Positions 1-10,782 are shown, counted from the stretch's first letter. The stretch is DNA of 64,000 nt from Verrucomicrobiota bacterium (GCA_016209525.1 JACQWK010000590.1:382-64381), one strand, 5' to 3'. The notes: generated by a model not told the origin, from the sequence alone. Made by a program: numbers and translations.

Positions 1-789
1 CACGTCGGGCCAGGCGGCGATCGTGGCCGCCACCGTCGCGGGATCAGCCCCGTCCGCCACGCGCACGGTGATGGCGCTGACCATCGGACGAGCGAGCGCC
101 GGAATGCCCGAGGACAATCCGCCGCCGCGCTCCAGCAACAACGGCTGCACTTGTCCGATGTCCTGCCCAACGGCCCGTTGGACGCGCGCCGCGCGCTCCA
201 GCCGGATCGCTTCGCCGGAGAGATCGAACTGAATCGCCTGCGCGTCCCGTGTGGTTAAAAACGCGATACCGTCACCCCCGGACGACACCATGCCTTTGGT
301 CACGCCCACGACCGTGTAGGGGTCCTTGCCGAGGACCAACTTCTCGCCCAAGCCTAAGCCCAGCGAGGCATCGGCAATCATTTCGTAGTGAGCCTGACCC
401 AGCGGACGCCCGGCGACCAACGTTACCCACGCGCCTTTGTCTTCGGGCCAGGCCAGACCGTGGACATTCATCCGCAGCGGCTTTCCCAGGTGTTCGCGCT
501 GGACATTGTGAGAAACGAAAGTCCGCGCACTGGCGACGCCCGGCACGGCACGCAGACGATGTTCGAGGTTGGCGGGCAGACGGGAAATCTCGGCGAACGG
601 CCCGCGTGTGCCGCGTTGCACCACCCACAAGTCCGCGCCGATGCGGTCCACCACGATGAGCGCATCGTCAATCATGCCTCGGTAAATCCCGCTCATCCCG
701 AGCACAATCATGAGCAGGAGGCCGATGCCGACGGTCGTCAAGGCGAAGCGCCCGAGGTTGTGGCGGATGTCCTGGGCCGCGAGATTCAT
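1..789 (-). CDS. MacB/FtsX-like ABC transporter permease (runs off window edge)
   Basis: Not in ORF track; manual translation from ATG 789: MNLAAQDIRHNLGRFALTTVGIGLLLMIVLGMSGIYRG...ADLWVVQRGTRGPFAE; ATGA overlap with upstream MFP stop; open to position 1. Confidence 0.85.
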   Translation of the reverse strand, partial: MNLAAQDIRHNLGRFALTTVGIGLLLMIVLGMSGIYRGMIDDALIVVDRIGADLWVVQRGTRGPFAEISRLPANLEHRLRAVPGVASARTFVSHNVQREHLGKPLRMNVHGLAWPEDKGAWVTLVAGRPLGQAHYEMIADASLGLGLGEKLVLGKDPYTVVGVTKGMVSSGGDGIAFLTTRDAQAIQFDLSGEAIRLERAARVQRAVGQDIGQVQPLLLERGGGLSSGIPALARPMVSAITVRVADGADPATVAATIAAWPDV

Positions 790-2003
790 GATTCCTTGAT
801 GCGCTGGCCGTCCTTGAACACGCCACGCCGGCCTTCCGCGGGCCTGACGACCTTGTCGCCTTCCTTGAGTCCCTCCAACATTTCGACTCTTTCTTCACCC
901 TCCAAGCCCAACTTGATTTCTTTCCACCGCGCCTTGCCGCTCGCCGCGACGAACACTCCAGGCTTTCCACTGCGCCAGACGAGGAATTGCTTCGGTAGCA
1001 GTAGTGCCGAGGACTTGCGCGCGGTTTCGAGGTAAACCTCGGCCCGCTGGCCAACCGTCCAAGTTGGCGGAAGCTCCTTCACGCTCACGTCCACGATGAA
1101 TTCCCGCGTCTCGCGGTCGGTCTCGCGCGCCAACCGCGCCACTTCGCCAGGATAATGCTTCGCGGGTTCTGAGCGGAAGACGACGCGGGCTACCTGGCCG
1201 AGGGCAAGTCCCGCGGACGCCGTTTCGTCCACCCACGCTGAAATCCAGAGTTCGTTAGTGGCGATGAGTTGCAGCAGTGAACTGCCTGGAATAACCACCC
1301 CGCCAGGATCACGGTCGCGACGCGTGACGAGGCCGTCATACGGACTCAGAATCCGCGTGAAGCCGAGGCGCTCCCGCTGGTAGGCGAGGTTTTTCTCCGC
1401 GGTGATGATTTGCTGTTGGGCTTCCACCGTGGCGGCCCGGGCGCGTTGCAGATCGGTTTCGGCCACGCGCCATTGCGCGATGGCTTTGTCCATCTCGGCC
1501 TGTGAACTGACCTTCGTGGCGAGCAGGTCGGAAATGCGTTTATGATCCTGCCGCGCTTGTTGCTCCACGGCTTGTGCGCGCGCTTCATCCACGCGCACGC
1601 GATCGGCAGTCGCCTTGGCGCTGGCGAGGGCCGCATCGGAAACCTCCGCCTGCCGCTTGAGTTCACCGTCATCGAGCCGCGCGAGCAACTGACCGGCGCT
1701 CACGGGCTCGCCTTGGTCCACGAGCATCTCGGCCAGCCGTTCCTGAATGCGCGGACTGATCGTCGTTTTCACGCGCGCCTCCAGCGTGCCCGTGCCCATG
1801 ACCTCGGCCACGACCGGTCCACGAGCGATCAGATGCGAAACCACCGGGGCGGGTGAAAATTTCAACTTGTAAACGAGCACACCGGCCAACGCGGCCGCGA
1901 CCAGGAGTTTCAGGCCGGCGCGCAACCGGCGGCGGACGGGCGGAGGCTGCTTGAGTTCACCGGGTTTGTTGGCGGTAGGCGTTGTCGTGGCGGGCATAAG
2001 CAT
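786..2003 (-). CDS. Efflux membrane fusion protein (HlyD/MFP)
   Basis: N-terminal TM, GTLEA..ISPRIQ..VDQGEPV..GQLLARLD lipoyl motif, coiled coil, ILSPYDGLV. Confidence 0.9.
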   Translation of the reverse strand: MLMPATTTPTANKPGELKQPPPVRRRLRAGLKLLVAAALAGVLVYKLKFSPAPVVSHLIARGPVVAEVMGTGTLEARVKTTISPRIQERLAEMLVDQGEPVSAGQLLARLDDGELKRQAEVSDAALASAKATADRVRVDEARAQAVEQQARQDHKRISDLLATKVSSQAEMDKAIAQWRVAETDLQRARAATVEAQQQIITAEKNLAYQRERLGFTRILSPYDGLVTRRDRDPGGVVIPGSSLLQLIATNELWISAWVDETASAGLALGQVARVVFRSEPAKHYPGEVARLARETDRETREFIVDVSVKELPPTWTVGQRAEVYLETARKSSALLLPKQFLVWRSGKPGVFVAASGKARWKEIKLGLEGEERVEMLEGLKEGDKVVRPAEGRRGVFKDGQRIKES

Positions 2004-2079
2004 AGTTGTCGTCAGCGGTTATTCGTTCTACGCGCACCGCGTTGAGCGGTGCGATGGGCAAAGACATGGTTCAGCATCA

Positions 2080-2565
2080 TTATGGTTTGTCCGCGGGTCT
2101 GATGGTGCTGAGGAACGTCCCATCAGGCTGCTGTTCGACACGCTTGGAAACCCCTTCAGGCAGCAAGTCAGATGGACAATGTTGAGGCCGCGTATCGGTG
2201 CGAATGCGCATAGTCGCCTTCCAGGGTAACAAGGCGAAGGCGTGGCAAATCTTTTCCAACGGCGGCAACGCTGGCAGTCCGCGCAGATCCAGATCGATTT
2301 CCCCGCGCTCGTTACAGACCTTGTCAGAGGTCTTGCGGACGACAATCTCCCACAAACCCGGTTTCCCGTGGATCGTGCGCTGCTCAAAGCCCATGCAACT
2401 CAGCAGGCGGAGCAAGATCGTCGGTTCGAACGGGGCGATCAGCACCAACGCGCCACCCGGAGCCATTTGATCCGTTGCAAAGACCATTTTCGAGAAAGGC
2501 TCCCAAGGCTCGGCGTTCCGTCTGTATTCTTCGCGCAAATCAAACGTCTTGATGTCAGCGCTCAT
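2080..2565 (-). CDS. Tandem DUF2249 (TusA-like) domain protein
   Basis: Two ~75 aa units: [20 protein letters not shown] and [15 protein letters not shown]. Confidence 0.7.
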   Translation of the reverse strand: MSADIKTFDLREEYRRNAEPWEPFSKMVFATDQMAPGGALVLIAPFEPTILLRLLSCMGFEQRTIHGKPGLWEIVVRKTSDKVCNERGEIDLDLRGLPALPPLEKICHAFALLPWKATMRIRTDTRPQHCPSDLLPEGVSKRVEQQPDGTFLSTIRPADKP

Positions 2566-5500
2566 GGCAGTTTTCTCCTTTGTTGGTCTGACTCACGCGG
2601 ACGGCTGCACCCGCAGGATGGTGCCCCTTCCGACGGGGGCGGTGCAGGCGCAGTCTTCGCGTCCTTCGCCTCGCGGATGTAAGCCATGAAGTAAAGCACC
2701 GGCACGGCGACCGGGCTGATGAGCATCGACACGATTCCGCCCGCCATCAGGGAAATGGCCAGTCCTTGGAAGATGGGATCGAACAGGATGACTGTTGCGC
2801 CCACGACCACGGCCATCGCCGTAAGCATGATGGGCCGGAAACGGATCAATCCCGCCTCCACCACGGCGTCGGCCAGCGACATGCCCTGAGCGAGTCGCAG
2901 TTCAATAAAATCCACGAGGATGATCGAGTTACGAACGACGATGCCCGCGCCCGCCATAAAGCCAATCATCGAAGTCGCCGTGAAAAATGCGTGCAACACT
3001 CCATGCGCCGGAAGAATGCCGATGAGCGAGAAAGGAATCACCGTCATCACGATGAACGGCGTGAGGAAGGAGCGAAACCAGCCAACCATGAGGATGTAAA
3101 TCAGCACCAGCACAGCCGCAAAAGCCAGCCCGAGGTCGCGGAAAACTTCGATGGTGATGTGCCATTCGCCGTCCCACTTGAGCGCCGGTTCGCGCTCGGT
3201 GAATGGGAGTACGGCATTGTAAATCCCGAGCTGCGCGCCGCGGCCGCCCAATTCGTCCGTGTCGAGTTGGTGCAGAGCCTTGTTCATTTTCAGGATGGCG
3301 TACACGGGACTCTCGATGACGCCCGCTACATCGCCGATGACGTAGGTCACGGGCATGAGGTTTTTGTGGTAGATGCTCTTGTCCGCAATGGTGCGCTCAA
3401 TGGTCACGAGCTCGCGCAACGGCACGAGCGGCGGACCGCCGGGAGCGTTACCGGGTTCGGGTAGTGCATTGGCATCGCCGGAGCGCACGCGCAACGCCAG
3501 CAGGTCCTCGGATGACGTGCGGTCCGCCAGCGGTACTTGAAAGATGATGTTCACATCCTCCTTTTCGCGCGGCTGGTGCAACAAATCGAGCGTGTCACCC
3601 GCCACGGCCAGCCGGAGCGTGGTGGAAATGTTCTCGGCGCTGACACCGTGGAGCGCGGCCTTTTCCTTGTCAATGACGAACCGGGACTTGGGCTGGTCGG
3701 CTTCGACATACCAATCCACGTCCACCACCCCGGGCGTTTGCTTGAAGATATCGCGGATCTTCTCGGCCAGCTTCAGCCGTGCTTCGTCGCTTGGGCCGTA
3801 GATTTCGGCGACCAGTGTCTGCAACACCGGCGGGCCGGGCGGAACTTCGGCCACGGCGACGCGCGCGCCATACTTCTCCGCGATGGCAGCGACGGCCGGC
3901 CGGACGCGCTTGGCGATGTCGTGGCTTTGGGCCTTGCGGTCGTGCTTGTTCACGAGGTTGACTTGCAGGTCGGCCACGTTCGCGCCGCGCCGCATGAAGT
4001 AATGACGCACCAGGCCGTTGAAGTTGAAGGGCGCGGCTGTGCCGACATGAACCTGGTAATCGGTCACCTCCGGCTCGGGGCGGATGGCGGCGGCAATTTC
4101 ACGGGCGGCGCGGGCGGTGCGTTCCAACGAACTGCCTTCCGGCATGTTGAGGATGACCTGGAATTCGCTCTTGTTGTCGAAGGGCAACATCTTCACCTTC
4201 ACCCAACCGAGGGCGACAGTCACCATCGCCCCAACCGTGAGCGCGCCAATGGTCCCCAGCGCGGTGTATCGCCAGGCGGGTTTGGCGATGAGCGGCGACA
4301 TGGCGCGCCGATACAGGCGGGAGAACAGGCTTGGAGTTGTAGCGGCAGGCATCCTGCCTGCCAGTGAGGGCGGCTTCCAGCCGCCCGGATCGGCCGTGGT
4401 ATCGTCTGAAGCGCCCGGAGATTCGCCAGCGTCTGCCTTGTTCTGGGCTTCGGCCCCGCCGAGCTGGAAGCCCGGCTCTACGGCAGGCTGGAAGCCTGCC
4501 GCTACGTCGGCTTCGCGCTGTGTGCGCCGGCGCAGGATGCGAAGGGCCGCCCACGGTGTGACGATGAACGAGACCGCCAGCGAAAAGAGCATCGCCGCGC
4601 TCGCGCCGATGGGAATAGGCCGCATGTAAGGACCCATGAGTCCGCCCACGAACGCCATCGGTAGCACGGCCGCAATCACCGCGAACGTCGCCAGAATCGT
4701 CGGATTGCCCACTTCGCCGACCGCTTCAACCGCCACGGTGATGCGGTCGCGCCCGCGGCTTTCGGGCAGATGGAAATGACGGACGATGTTTTCCACAACG
4801 ACGATGGCGTCGTCCACGAGAATGCCGATGCTGAAAATGAGCGCGAAAAGCGTAATGCGGTTGAGTGTGAAGCCGCCGAGATAAAACACGAGCAAGGTCA
4901 GCGCGAGTGTCGAAGGGATCGTGATGCCCACGATGCCGGATTCGCGCCAACCCAGCGCCAGCCAGATGAGGAGGGACACGCCGACTACGGCAATGGCCAT
5001 GTGGAAGAGCAGTTCGTTCGATTTCTCGTTGGCCGTTTCGCCGTAATGGCGGGTGATGGTCACGCCCACGTCGTTTGGGATGAGGTAGCCTTTGAGCGTC
5101 TCCACTTTGCGGAGAACTTCGTTGGCGACCGAAATGGCATTCGCGCCCGGACGTTTCGCCACGCTTAACGTCACGGCCGGTTGTTCGGCGTCGCGCAGAT
5201 TTCCAATCTGCGGTATCGCAGGTTTGTAACCTGCGGAGGCTCCGGCTGCTTCGGACGCGTCGGAGTTTTCCGCGCCCCGCCGATTAGAAATCGGCGATAT
5301 AGCAGATTGGAAATCTGCGCTACGATGCGCCGCCGCGCCGTGGCCGAAGAAAACGTATTGCACCGGTTCTTCCGCGTCCTCCACGATGTCGGCGACCTCG
5401 CGCAAGTAAACCGGTTTCCCGCCGAAGACACCCACGACTACGCTGCCGACCTCGTCGGCTGTGCGTAGAAACGCTCCGGTTTCAACCACGACTTCCTGGT

Positions 5501-6206
5501 CGTTTCCGGTCACGTTCCCGGCGACGTATTGCCGGTTGGCCTGACGCAGCATCGGCACGAGCCCGGCAGGCGTGAGATTGCGTGAAGCCAGTTTAACCGG
5601 GTCGAGCAGCACCCTCACTTGCCGACGCGCGCCACCGATAATCGCGGTTTCGGCCACGAGCGGCACTTGCTTCACCGCGTCGTCCACCTGCGCCACAAGC
5701 CGCCGGAGCATGAGATGGTCATAGCGGTCGCTGTGGAACGTCAGCGCCAGGATCGGCACGTCGTCAATGGACTTGGGCTTGATGAGCGGGAAGGAAACGC
5801 CCGGTGGAATGCGGTCGAAGTTCGCGCGCAGTTTTTCGCTCAGCTTGACGAGGCTTTCCTGCGGGTCTTCGCCCACTTTGAAGCGCACAATGACGAGCGA
5901 TTCGCCGGGGCGCGACGTGGAGTAGAGGTATTCGACGCCAGGGACTTCCCAGAGCAGCTTTTCCATCGGCCGGGTCGCGCGCTCCTCGACTTCTTTGGCG
6001 CTGAAGCCGGGCATGCCGACCATCACGTCAATCATCGGCACTTTGATTTGCGGCTCTTCCTCGCGCGGCAGCATCAGCACGGCGAACAATCCCAGCAGCA
6101 CCGAAGAGACCACGATGAGCGGCGTGAGCTTCGCGTCAATGAACGCGTGGGCGATGCGGCCGGCGATACCGAGTCCGCTGTGACCGAGTTGGCGGGCTGG
6201 TTTCAT
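2562..6206 (-). CDS. RND efflux permease (AcrB/CzcA family) with two in-frame palindromic insertions
   Basis: [60 protein letters not shown]; 1214 aa. Confidence 0.95.
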   Translation of the reverse strand: MKPARQLGHSGLGIAGRIAHAFIDAKLTPLIVVSSVLLGLFAVLMLPREEEPQIKVPMIDVMVGMPGFSAKEVEERATRPMEKLLWEVPGVEYLYSTSRPGESLVIVRFKVGEDPQESLVKLSEKLRANFDRIPPGVSFPLIKPKSIDDVPILALTFHSDRYDHLMLRRLVAQVDDAVKQVPLVAETAIIGGARRQVRVLLDPVKLASRNLTPAGLVPMLRQANRQYVAGNVTGNDQEVVVETGAFLRTADEVGSVVVGVFGGKPVYLREVADIVEDAEEPVQYVFFGHGAAAHRSADFQSAISPISNRRGAENSDASEAAGASAGYKPAIPQIGNLRDAEQPAVTLSVAKRPGANAISVANEVLRKVETLKGYLIPNDVGVTITRHYGETANEKSNELLFHMAIAVVGVSLLIWLALGWRESGIVGITIPSTLALTLLVFYLGGFTLNRITLFALIFSIGILVDDAIVVVENIVRHFHLPESRGRDRITVAVEAVGEVGNPTILATFAVIAAVLPMAFVGGLMGPYMRPIPIGASAAMLFSLAVSFIVTPWAALRILRRRTQREADVAAGFQPAVEPGFQLGGAEAQNKADAGESPGASDDTTADPGGWKPPSLAGRMPAATTPSLFSRLYRRAMSPLIAKPAWRYTALGTIGALTVGAMVTVALGWVKVKMLPFDNKSEFQVILNMPEGSSLERTARAAREIAAAIRPEPEVTDYQVHVGTAAPFNFNGLVRHYFMRRGANVADLQVNLVNKHDRKAQSHDIAKRVRPAVAAIAEKYGARVAVAEVPPGPPVLQTLVAEIYGPSDEARLKLAEKIRDIFKQTPGVVDVDWYVEADQPKSRFVIDKEKAALHGVSAENISTTLRLAVAGDTLDLLHQPREKEDVNIIFQVPLADRTSSEDLLALRVRSGDANALPEPGNAPGGPPLVPLRELVTIERTIADKSIYHKNLMPVTYVIGDVAGVIESPVYAILKMNKALHQLDTDELGGRGAQLGIYNAVLPFTEREPALKWDGEWHITIEVFRDLGLAFAAVLVLIYILMVGWFRSFLTPFIVMTVIPFSLIGILPAHGVLHAFFTATSMIGFMAGAGIVVRNSIILVDFIELRLAQGMSLADAVVEAGLIRFRPIMLTAMAVVVGATVILFDPIFQGLAISLMAGGIVSMLISPVAVPVLYFMAYIREAKDAKTAPAPPPSEGAPSCGCSRPRESDQQRRKLP
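4339..4505. repeat. REPIN-like palindromic element, family B, in frame in RND gene
   Basis: Arms GTAGCGGCAGGCATCCTGCCTGCC ... GGCAGGCTGGAAGCCTGCCGCTAC; related intergenic copies at 39466-39612 and 62164-62310. Confidence 0.85.
5190..5323. repeat. REPIN-like palindromic element, family A, in frame in RND gene
   Basis: Arms GTCGCGCAGATTTCCAATCTGCGGTATCGC ... GCGATATAGCAGATTGGAAATCTGCGCTAC; intergenic copies at 22110-22242 and 63845-63978. Confidence 0.9.
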
Positions 6207-7243
6207 GGTCTGATCTCCACCGGCTGGCCGTCCACGAGTGAAGCGGCGTTCTCCATCGCGACCTTTTCTCCCGGCGAGAGGCCCGAGGCGATTTCCAACT
6301 CGTCGCCGATGCGCTTGCCGGGTTTCACCAGCCGCATCACGGCATGCTTGTCCACGACCACAAAGACCATTTGAAGCTGCCCTCGCCGCACAAGGGCGGA
6401 AGCCGGCACACGCAACGCCGTGGTCTCCGCGAGCGGCACAGCCACCCGACCGAATTGGCCCGCCCGCAAGCTCGACGTGGGCGGCAGGTCAAGCTTCACG
6501 CGGAAGGTGCGGCTGTTCGGGTCGGCCACCGGGGCGATTTCGCTGACCGTTCCTTGAGACTCGCCGGCCACATTGGGCACGCGCACCGGCATGGTCGCGC
6601 CCAGTGTTACCGCGCCGATGATGGATTCAGGAATGTCCGCTTCGAGACGCAGGTGCGACGGGTCTTCCAGGTCCACGAGCGGTTTGCCCGGCGCGGCCTG
6701 GTCGCCCACGTCGGCCAGCTTGCGCGTCACCACGCCATCGAATGGCGCGACGACGTCAGCGTAGCCGAGCATGGTTTGCGCTTCTTTCACGGCGGCCTCG
6801 GCGACGCGGGCGCGGGCCTGGACCGCATCGAATTCCGCGGGCGTGGCGGCAGCGCGTTCGAGCAGAGCGGTGAAGCGTTTCAAATCACTGGCGGCCTGCT
6901 GTTGCATGGCCAGCGCCTGGTCGAGCCGGGCACGAATCTCCTGCACATCCAGCCGGGCCAGAAGTTCGCCGGCCTTCACTGACTGCCCGGGCACGGCGCG
7001 CATTTCCTGAATGCGTCCCGGCACTTTCGCCTCGAGGCGCGCCTGGAGCTTGGCTCGAACTGTGCCGACGGTTTCTTCCGACGCGACGTGTTTCTTGGCC
7101 GCGACGGTTTGCACGCGGACGCTGGCCGTGGGCAACACGGGTGCGTGAGACTTGAATTCGTCGTGACGTTTGCAACCCGCCGCCAGGGTGACAACGAGGC
7201 CCAAGGCGAGAATGGTTTGGTTCAGGAGTTTCAGGTTGTTCAT
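6203..7243 (-). CDS. RND periplasmic adaptor (MFP), probable lipoprotein
   Basis: LAAGC lipobox, [41 protein letters not shown]; stop overlaps RND start. Confidence 0.9.
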   Translation of the reverse strand: MNNLKLLNQTILALGLVVTLAAGCKRHDEFKSHAPVLPTASVRVQTVAAKKHVASEETVGTVRAKLQARLEAKVPGRIQEMRAVPGQSVKAGELLARLDVQEIRARLDQALAMQQQAASDLKRFTALLERAAATPAEFDAVQARARVAEAAVKEAQTMLGYADVVAPFDGVVTRKLADVGDQAAPGKPLVDLEDPSHLRLEADIPESIIGAVTLGATMPVRVPNVAGESQGTVSEIAPVADPNSRTFRVKLDLPPTSSLRAGQFGRVAVPLAETTALRVPASALVRRGQLQMVFVVVDKHAVMRLVKPGKRIGDELEIASGLSPGEKVAMENAASLVDGQPVEIRP

Positions 7244-8610
7244 GGAGCCGAATTCAGTTGCGGCAAACCGAGCGCCTTGCGGAGCGCGGCGATGGCGATG
7301 CGCTGGTCGCCCTCGGCCTCAGCGCGACGCACACGAGCGGCGAGGAGCGCGGTGTCGGCGTCAATGAGCTGCGTGGAAATCATCAAGCCCTGCTCGAAGC
7401 GCGAGCGAGTCAGTTCCACGCTTTCCTGCGCCTGGGCGACGGCAGCTTCAGTGACAGCGAGCCGTTCGCTGGCTTCCTTGAGTTGCAGACGGGCCTGTTC
7501 GACTTCAAAGCCAATCGCCAGCCGGAGTTTGCGTTCCTCCTCGCGCGCGGCTTCGAGGTTCGCCTGTGCTTCGCTCACGCGGCCACGGGTCAGTTTGCCA
7601 TCCCACAAATTCCATTGCACCATCACGCCGGCCGTGTAGCTGTTGCCGTCGCCATCGCTCACCCAGCCCTGGTCATAATCGAGACTGCCAAAGGCGCTCA
7701 CGCGCGGACGATAGCCGGATTTCGCCTGCCGGACCTGGGCTTCAGCGGCGCGCTGCCCTTCTTGAACGGCAGCCAACTCTGGGCGGGCCGGGAATTTCAA
7801 ATTTGAAATTTCAGATTTCAAATCCTCGACGGGTGGGGCCACCTCGGGCGCGCTGCTTGCCACGGCGAATTCGCCAGCTTCGATGCCGAGGACGGTCCGG
7901 AGCGCCCGCTCCGAGAGTGCGTTGGCGTTGCGGTCGCGCACAAGGTCTTCGCGCGCCTGCGCCAGCCGGACCTGCATGTCGAGCATGTCGGTCTTGAGCG
8001 CCGTGCCGGTGTTCACCCGGTTGCTGGCAATGGTGAGGTTGTTCTCAAACGAACGAACGCCCGCCTCAGCGGCTCGGATGAACTCGCGCGTTTTGAGGAC
8101 CGTGTGAAACGTGCGCGCCACCTCAAACGCCAGCGTGTTGCGCACCGCCTCGGCATTGGCCTTGGCCGCGCCGGTGTTGGCCTTGGCGGCGTTGCGTCCG
8201 GCGCTGATGCGTCCGCCGGCGTAAAGCGGCATGGTCAGCACGCCGCGCACGTTGAGATTGTCCACGTCGGGCACGTCGTTGAAATTGAGCGACGGACTGA
8301 AGGCGCGCTGGTTGAGGATGCTGCCGAAGACGAACATCGGATTGTCCGTGCGCGTGTAGCTGGATTGCAGTTGCAGTTGCGGCCAGAGGGCGGAGTTGGC
8401 CTGCGCGATACCGGCGCGGGCGGCGGCGATGCGTTTCTGCGCAATGCGCGCGTCCGGACTGTTCGTGAGCGCGTGGCTGATGGCGCGTGCCAGAGTCCAG
8501 GACTCGGCGGCGTGAATCTTGCCAACAACAAATAGCACTATGGACAACGCGGCCAGAAAACGTGTCGCGGCCAACGCACCCTTGGGAAACGGAGTGGAAC
8601 GATTATTCAT
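7240..8610 (-). CDS. TolC-family outer membrane efflux protein
   Basis: Signal peptide, TLARAISHALTNSP, two OEP repeats (PLYAGGR; WNLWDGK), RFEQG. Confidence 0.9.
   Translation of the reverse strand: MNNRSTPFPKGALAATRFLAALSIVLFVVGKIHAAESWTLARAISHALTNSPDARIAQKRIAAARAGIAQANSALWPQLQLQSSYTRTDNPMFVFGSILNQRAFSPSLNFNDVPDVDNLNVRGVLTMPLYAGGRISAGRNAAKANTGAAKANAEAVRNTLAFEVARTFHTVLKTREFIRAAEAGVRSFENNLTIASNRVNTGTALKTDMLDMQVRLAQAREDLVRDRNANALSERALRTVLGIEAGEFAVASSAPEVAPPVEDLKSEISNLKFPARPELAAVQEGQRAAEAQVRQAKSGYRPRVSAFGSLDYDQGWVSDGDGNSYTAGVMVQWNLWDGKLTRGRVSEAQANLEAAREEERKLRLAIGFEVEQARLQLKEASERLAVTEAAVAQAQESVELTRSRFEQGLMISTQLIDADTALLAARVRRAEAEGDQRIAIAALRKALGLPQLNSAP
7793..7823. repeat. AT-rich heptamer tandem repeat (~AATTTCA x4) inside tolC-like gene
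   Basis: aatttca aatttga aatttca gatttca aat; encodes DLKSEISNLKF. Confidence 0.75.
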
Positions 8611-8653
8611 GGGTTGGAAAGCTTCTTTCCGTCAGTTCGATGATGTTTTTCAT
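8603..8653 (-). pseudogene. Possible thioredoxin N-terminal relic (MKNIIELTERSF)
   Basis: 16-aa ORF just downstream of promoter motif, resembling a thioredoxin start; overlaps tolC ATG. Confidence 0.35.
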
Positions 8654-8680
8654 AGCAGACTCTTTCTGGTCTCTGCCCAA

Positions 8681-8710
8681 CACTGAGCCGCGAATGGGCG
8701 AAAGGTTACA
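8681..8710 (-). promoter_or_regulatory. Putative ECF promoter TGTAAC-N15-GGCTC (copy 1)
   Basis: TGTAACCTTTCGCCCATTCGCGGCTCAGTG; same spacing in five copies. Confidence 0.7.
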
Positions 8711-8749
8711 AGTCGCCCCGACTTTGGCGGCTTGCGAGACAGTGTGCCC

Positions 8750-9136
8750 TCAATGCGGGCGAACCAAAAGCATCCCATTCCCGGCGATCAGGGCGAATCC
8801 CAGGCACACGACACACCAGGCAAAGCCGCGCCGCAACGCGGCGGCGGATAGCCGGTTCGCCAGTTCTGTTCCCGCAAACATGCCAGCCAGCGCCGCCAGC
8901 AAAAAGCCCAGCGTCAGCAGCCAGTCAAAGTTCACGTAACGCAACTGGCCAGTCAGCCCGCCAAAACAATTGACCACGATGACCAGCGCCATACCCACCG
9001 CTTGCGGCGCGGGAATCCGCGCCACATACACGAGCACTGGCAGAGTGATGATTGAACCGCCGCTGCCCAGCAAACCCAGCGACAGCCCGATCAGCACCGC
9101 CAATGCCAAAGCCAGGCCAAGCATCAACACGTCCAT
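8750..9136 (-). CDS. Half-length sulfite exporter TauE/SafE (TSUP); possibly internally deleted
   Basis: GLSLGLLGSGGSIITLPVL and LRRGFAW motifs in only 128 aa (usual ~250). Confidence 0.7.
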   Translation of the reverse strand: MDVLMLGLALALAVLIGLSLGLLGSGGSIITLPVLVYVARIPAPQAVGMALVIVVNCFGGLTGQLRYVNFDWLLTLGFLLAALAGMFAGTELANRLSAAALRRGFAWCVVCLGFALIAGNGMLLVRPH

Positions 9137-9213
9137 AGATCACCCGAGGGAAGAGCAGTTCGCAGAGTCAAAGCCAACGCCATTGGTGGATATGAAAATC
9201 CGGGAAACGTCGG

Positions 9214-9408
9214 TCAGTTTTCATTGACGGAAGCCGAACCGCTGCGTCCCGAAGCCAGGTGGAACATCAATCCGAGAAACGCGCCGTAAAGCGCGCCGCG
9301 CCACCGGTTCGCCGTCCACGGGCACGCGCCGGTGGAACACTTGCCGAAATATCCAAGCGCCGCTCCCAGGCCGCCGCCGATCAGCACACTGAGAATCAGC
9401 GACATCAT
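9214..9408 (-). CDS. DUF6132-like small membrane protein
   Basis: GGGLGAALGYFGKCSTGACPWTANRWRGALYGA (CxxGxCP motif). Confidence 0.7.
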   Translation of the reverse strand: MMSLILSVLIGGGLGAALGYFGKCSTGACPWTANRWRGALYGAFLGLMFHLASGRSGSASVNEN

Positions 9409-9875
9409 GCGCCGCCCTCCTTCTTCAAGCTTTTGAGGAAGCCTTCAAACAAGGTGCGATGCTCCTCCTCCTTGGCCAGGATGCCGATGGCAAGGTCCTG
9501 CGTCACGTGATCCTTCCCATCGCAGGCGCTGATGAGCCGTTGGTAATGCGCAATGGCTTCGTTCTCGGCCTCGAGCACGCCTTCAACCACACTCCTCACG
9601 TCCGTCGAATCCTTCGGCGGCTGAAGCGCCTTCTGGTTGCGCGCAAGCTGGAGCGAACCCGGCGGGCACCCGCCCAGTTGTTTGAGCCGGCGGGCGAGCT
9701 TCGTCGCGTGGCCGAGTTCTTCCGTCATGTCTTCCGCGAGCGATTCGGCAACTTCCTGCGCGCCCAGCCCGTCCAGCCAGACGGAATTGGCGAGGTAGTT
9801 TTCGACTGTTTCGAGCTCGGCGGCGTAGGCTTCCTTCAACCAGTCGGTTATCGTGGTGTTCGTTTTGTTTTTCAT
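9405..9875 (-). CDS. Ferritin-like (bacterioferritin/DPS-like) protein
   Basis: AYAAELETVENYL..EELGHA..EAENEAI..EEEHR di-iron ligands; own ATG 9875 downstream of promoter copy 2; also in frame with DUF302. Confidence 0.8.
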   Translation of the reverse strand: MKNKTNTTITDWLKEAYAAELETVENYLANSVWLDGLGAQEVAESLAEDMTEELGHATKLARRLKQLGGCPPGSLQLARNQKALQPPKDSTDVRSVVEGVLEAENEAIAHYQRLISACDGKDHVTQDLAIGILAKEEEHRTLFEGFLKSLKKEGGA

Positions 9876-10430
9876 ATCAGTCAGATTCAATTCATTCTTC
9901 CTCCACTGAGCCGCGAGCGGGGGGAAGGTTACAACCGTACGCTCAGGTTCGCAGAAAGCGACGAACTCCCGCTGTTCACGCGCGACGGGGCCGGCCATGA
10001 CTTCCGCCACCACGCCGCCGAACATTCGCCCCAGCAGGCCGGCGTTCATCGTGCCGACATACACCTTGCCGTTCGACTTCTCATACACCGCAATCGTGCA
10101 AGGCATCATCACGGACACGACGCGCGCCTTGTCGGTGTTGAGGATTCTGGCGGCGTGCTGCGCCTGACAGAGATTCACCAGCCGCACCGGCCGCACCTCA
10201 CCGCCGCCATGCTTTCTCACCGAGTCGTCCAAGGCCGCAACGCTGGAGACGACCCAGCCTGCGCTCACCGCGTTGGTGGTGATGTGCTGCACCGTCTCCT
10301 GCAGACCATAGGGACTGACCCGCTCGCGCAGCATCAACCGTGGCATCAAAAGCGTCCCCAGGATTGCTGCCAGAACGAGTCCGGCCAGCGTGCCACCCAG
10401 GAACATCAAGAGCGAAGCTTTAAGTTTCAT
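9876..10430 (-). CDS. DUF302 domain protein lacking its own stop (reads into ferritin-like gene)
   Basis: SPYGLQETV..GWVV..LCQAQHA..SVMMPCTIAVYEKSNGKVYV. Confidence 0.75.
9904..9933 (-). promoter_or_regulatory. Putative ECF promoter (copy 2)
   Basis: TGTAACCTTCCCCCCGCTCGCGGCTCAGTG. Confidence 0.7.
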
Positions 10431-10726
10431 GGTTTATCGTGTTCGTTTTGCGGTGTGAATGTGTCCTGCAACGCTCCCTCATAGAAAATTCCTAGTGTCG
10501 GCAGCTTGACAATGCCGTAACGCTGCGCCAGGCCGGGACACTCAGCCACGGTGACAGTCGCGAACTCGACCTCGCTACGAAAGCGGCGGCGCACGTTCTG
10601 AATCATCGGCTTGAGAGCTTCACACGGCACACATTCCGGGGAGTCAAACAGGACGACGACAGGCGTGGGGGCATTGAGCACCTCCGCCATGAAGTCGCCG
10701 GACCAAATTTCTTTGAAGCTGTTCAT
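10427..10726 (-). CDS. Thioredoxin-family protein (CVPC), C-terminus short
   Basis: F.AEVLNAPTPVVVLFDSPECVPC..LAQRYGIVKLPTL. Confidence 0.8.
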   Translation of the reverse strand: MNSFKEIWSGDFMAEVLNAPTPVVVLFDSPECVPCEALKPMIQNVRRRFRSEVEFATVTVAECPGLAQRYGIVKLPTLGIFYEGALQDTFTPQNEHDKP

Positions 10727-10752
10727 ACGCAATCGTTCTTGTCTCTCCATCA

Positions 10753-10782
10753 CACTGAGCCGCGGGCAGGCGAAAGGTTACA
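10753..10782 (-). promoter_or_regulatory. Putative ECF promoter (copy 3)
   Basis: TGTAACCTTTCGCCTGCCCGCGGCTCAGTG. Confidence 0.7.
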
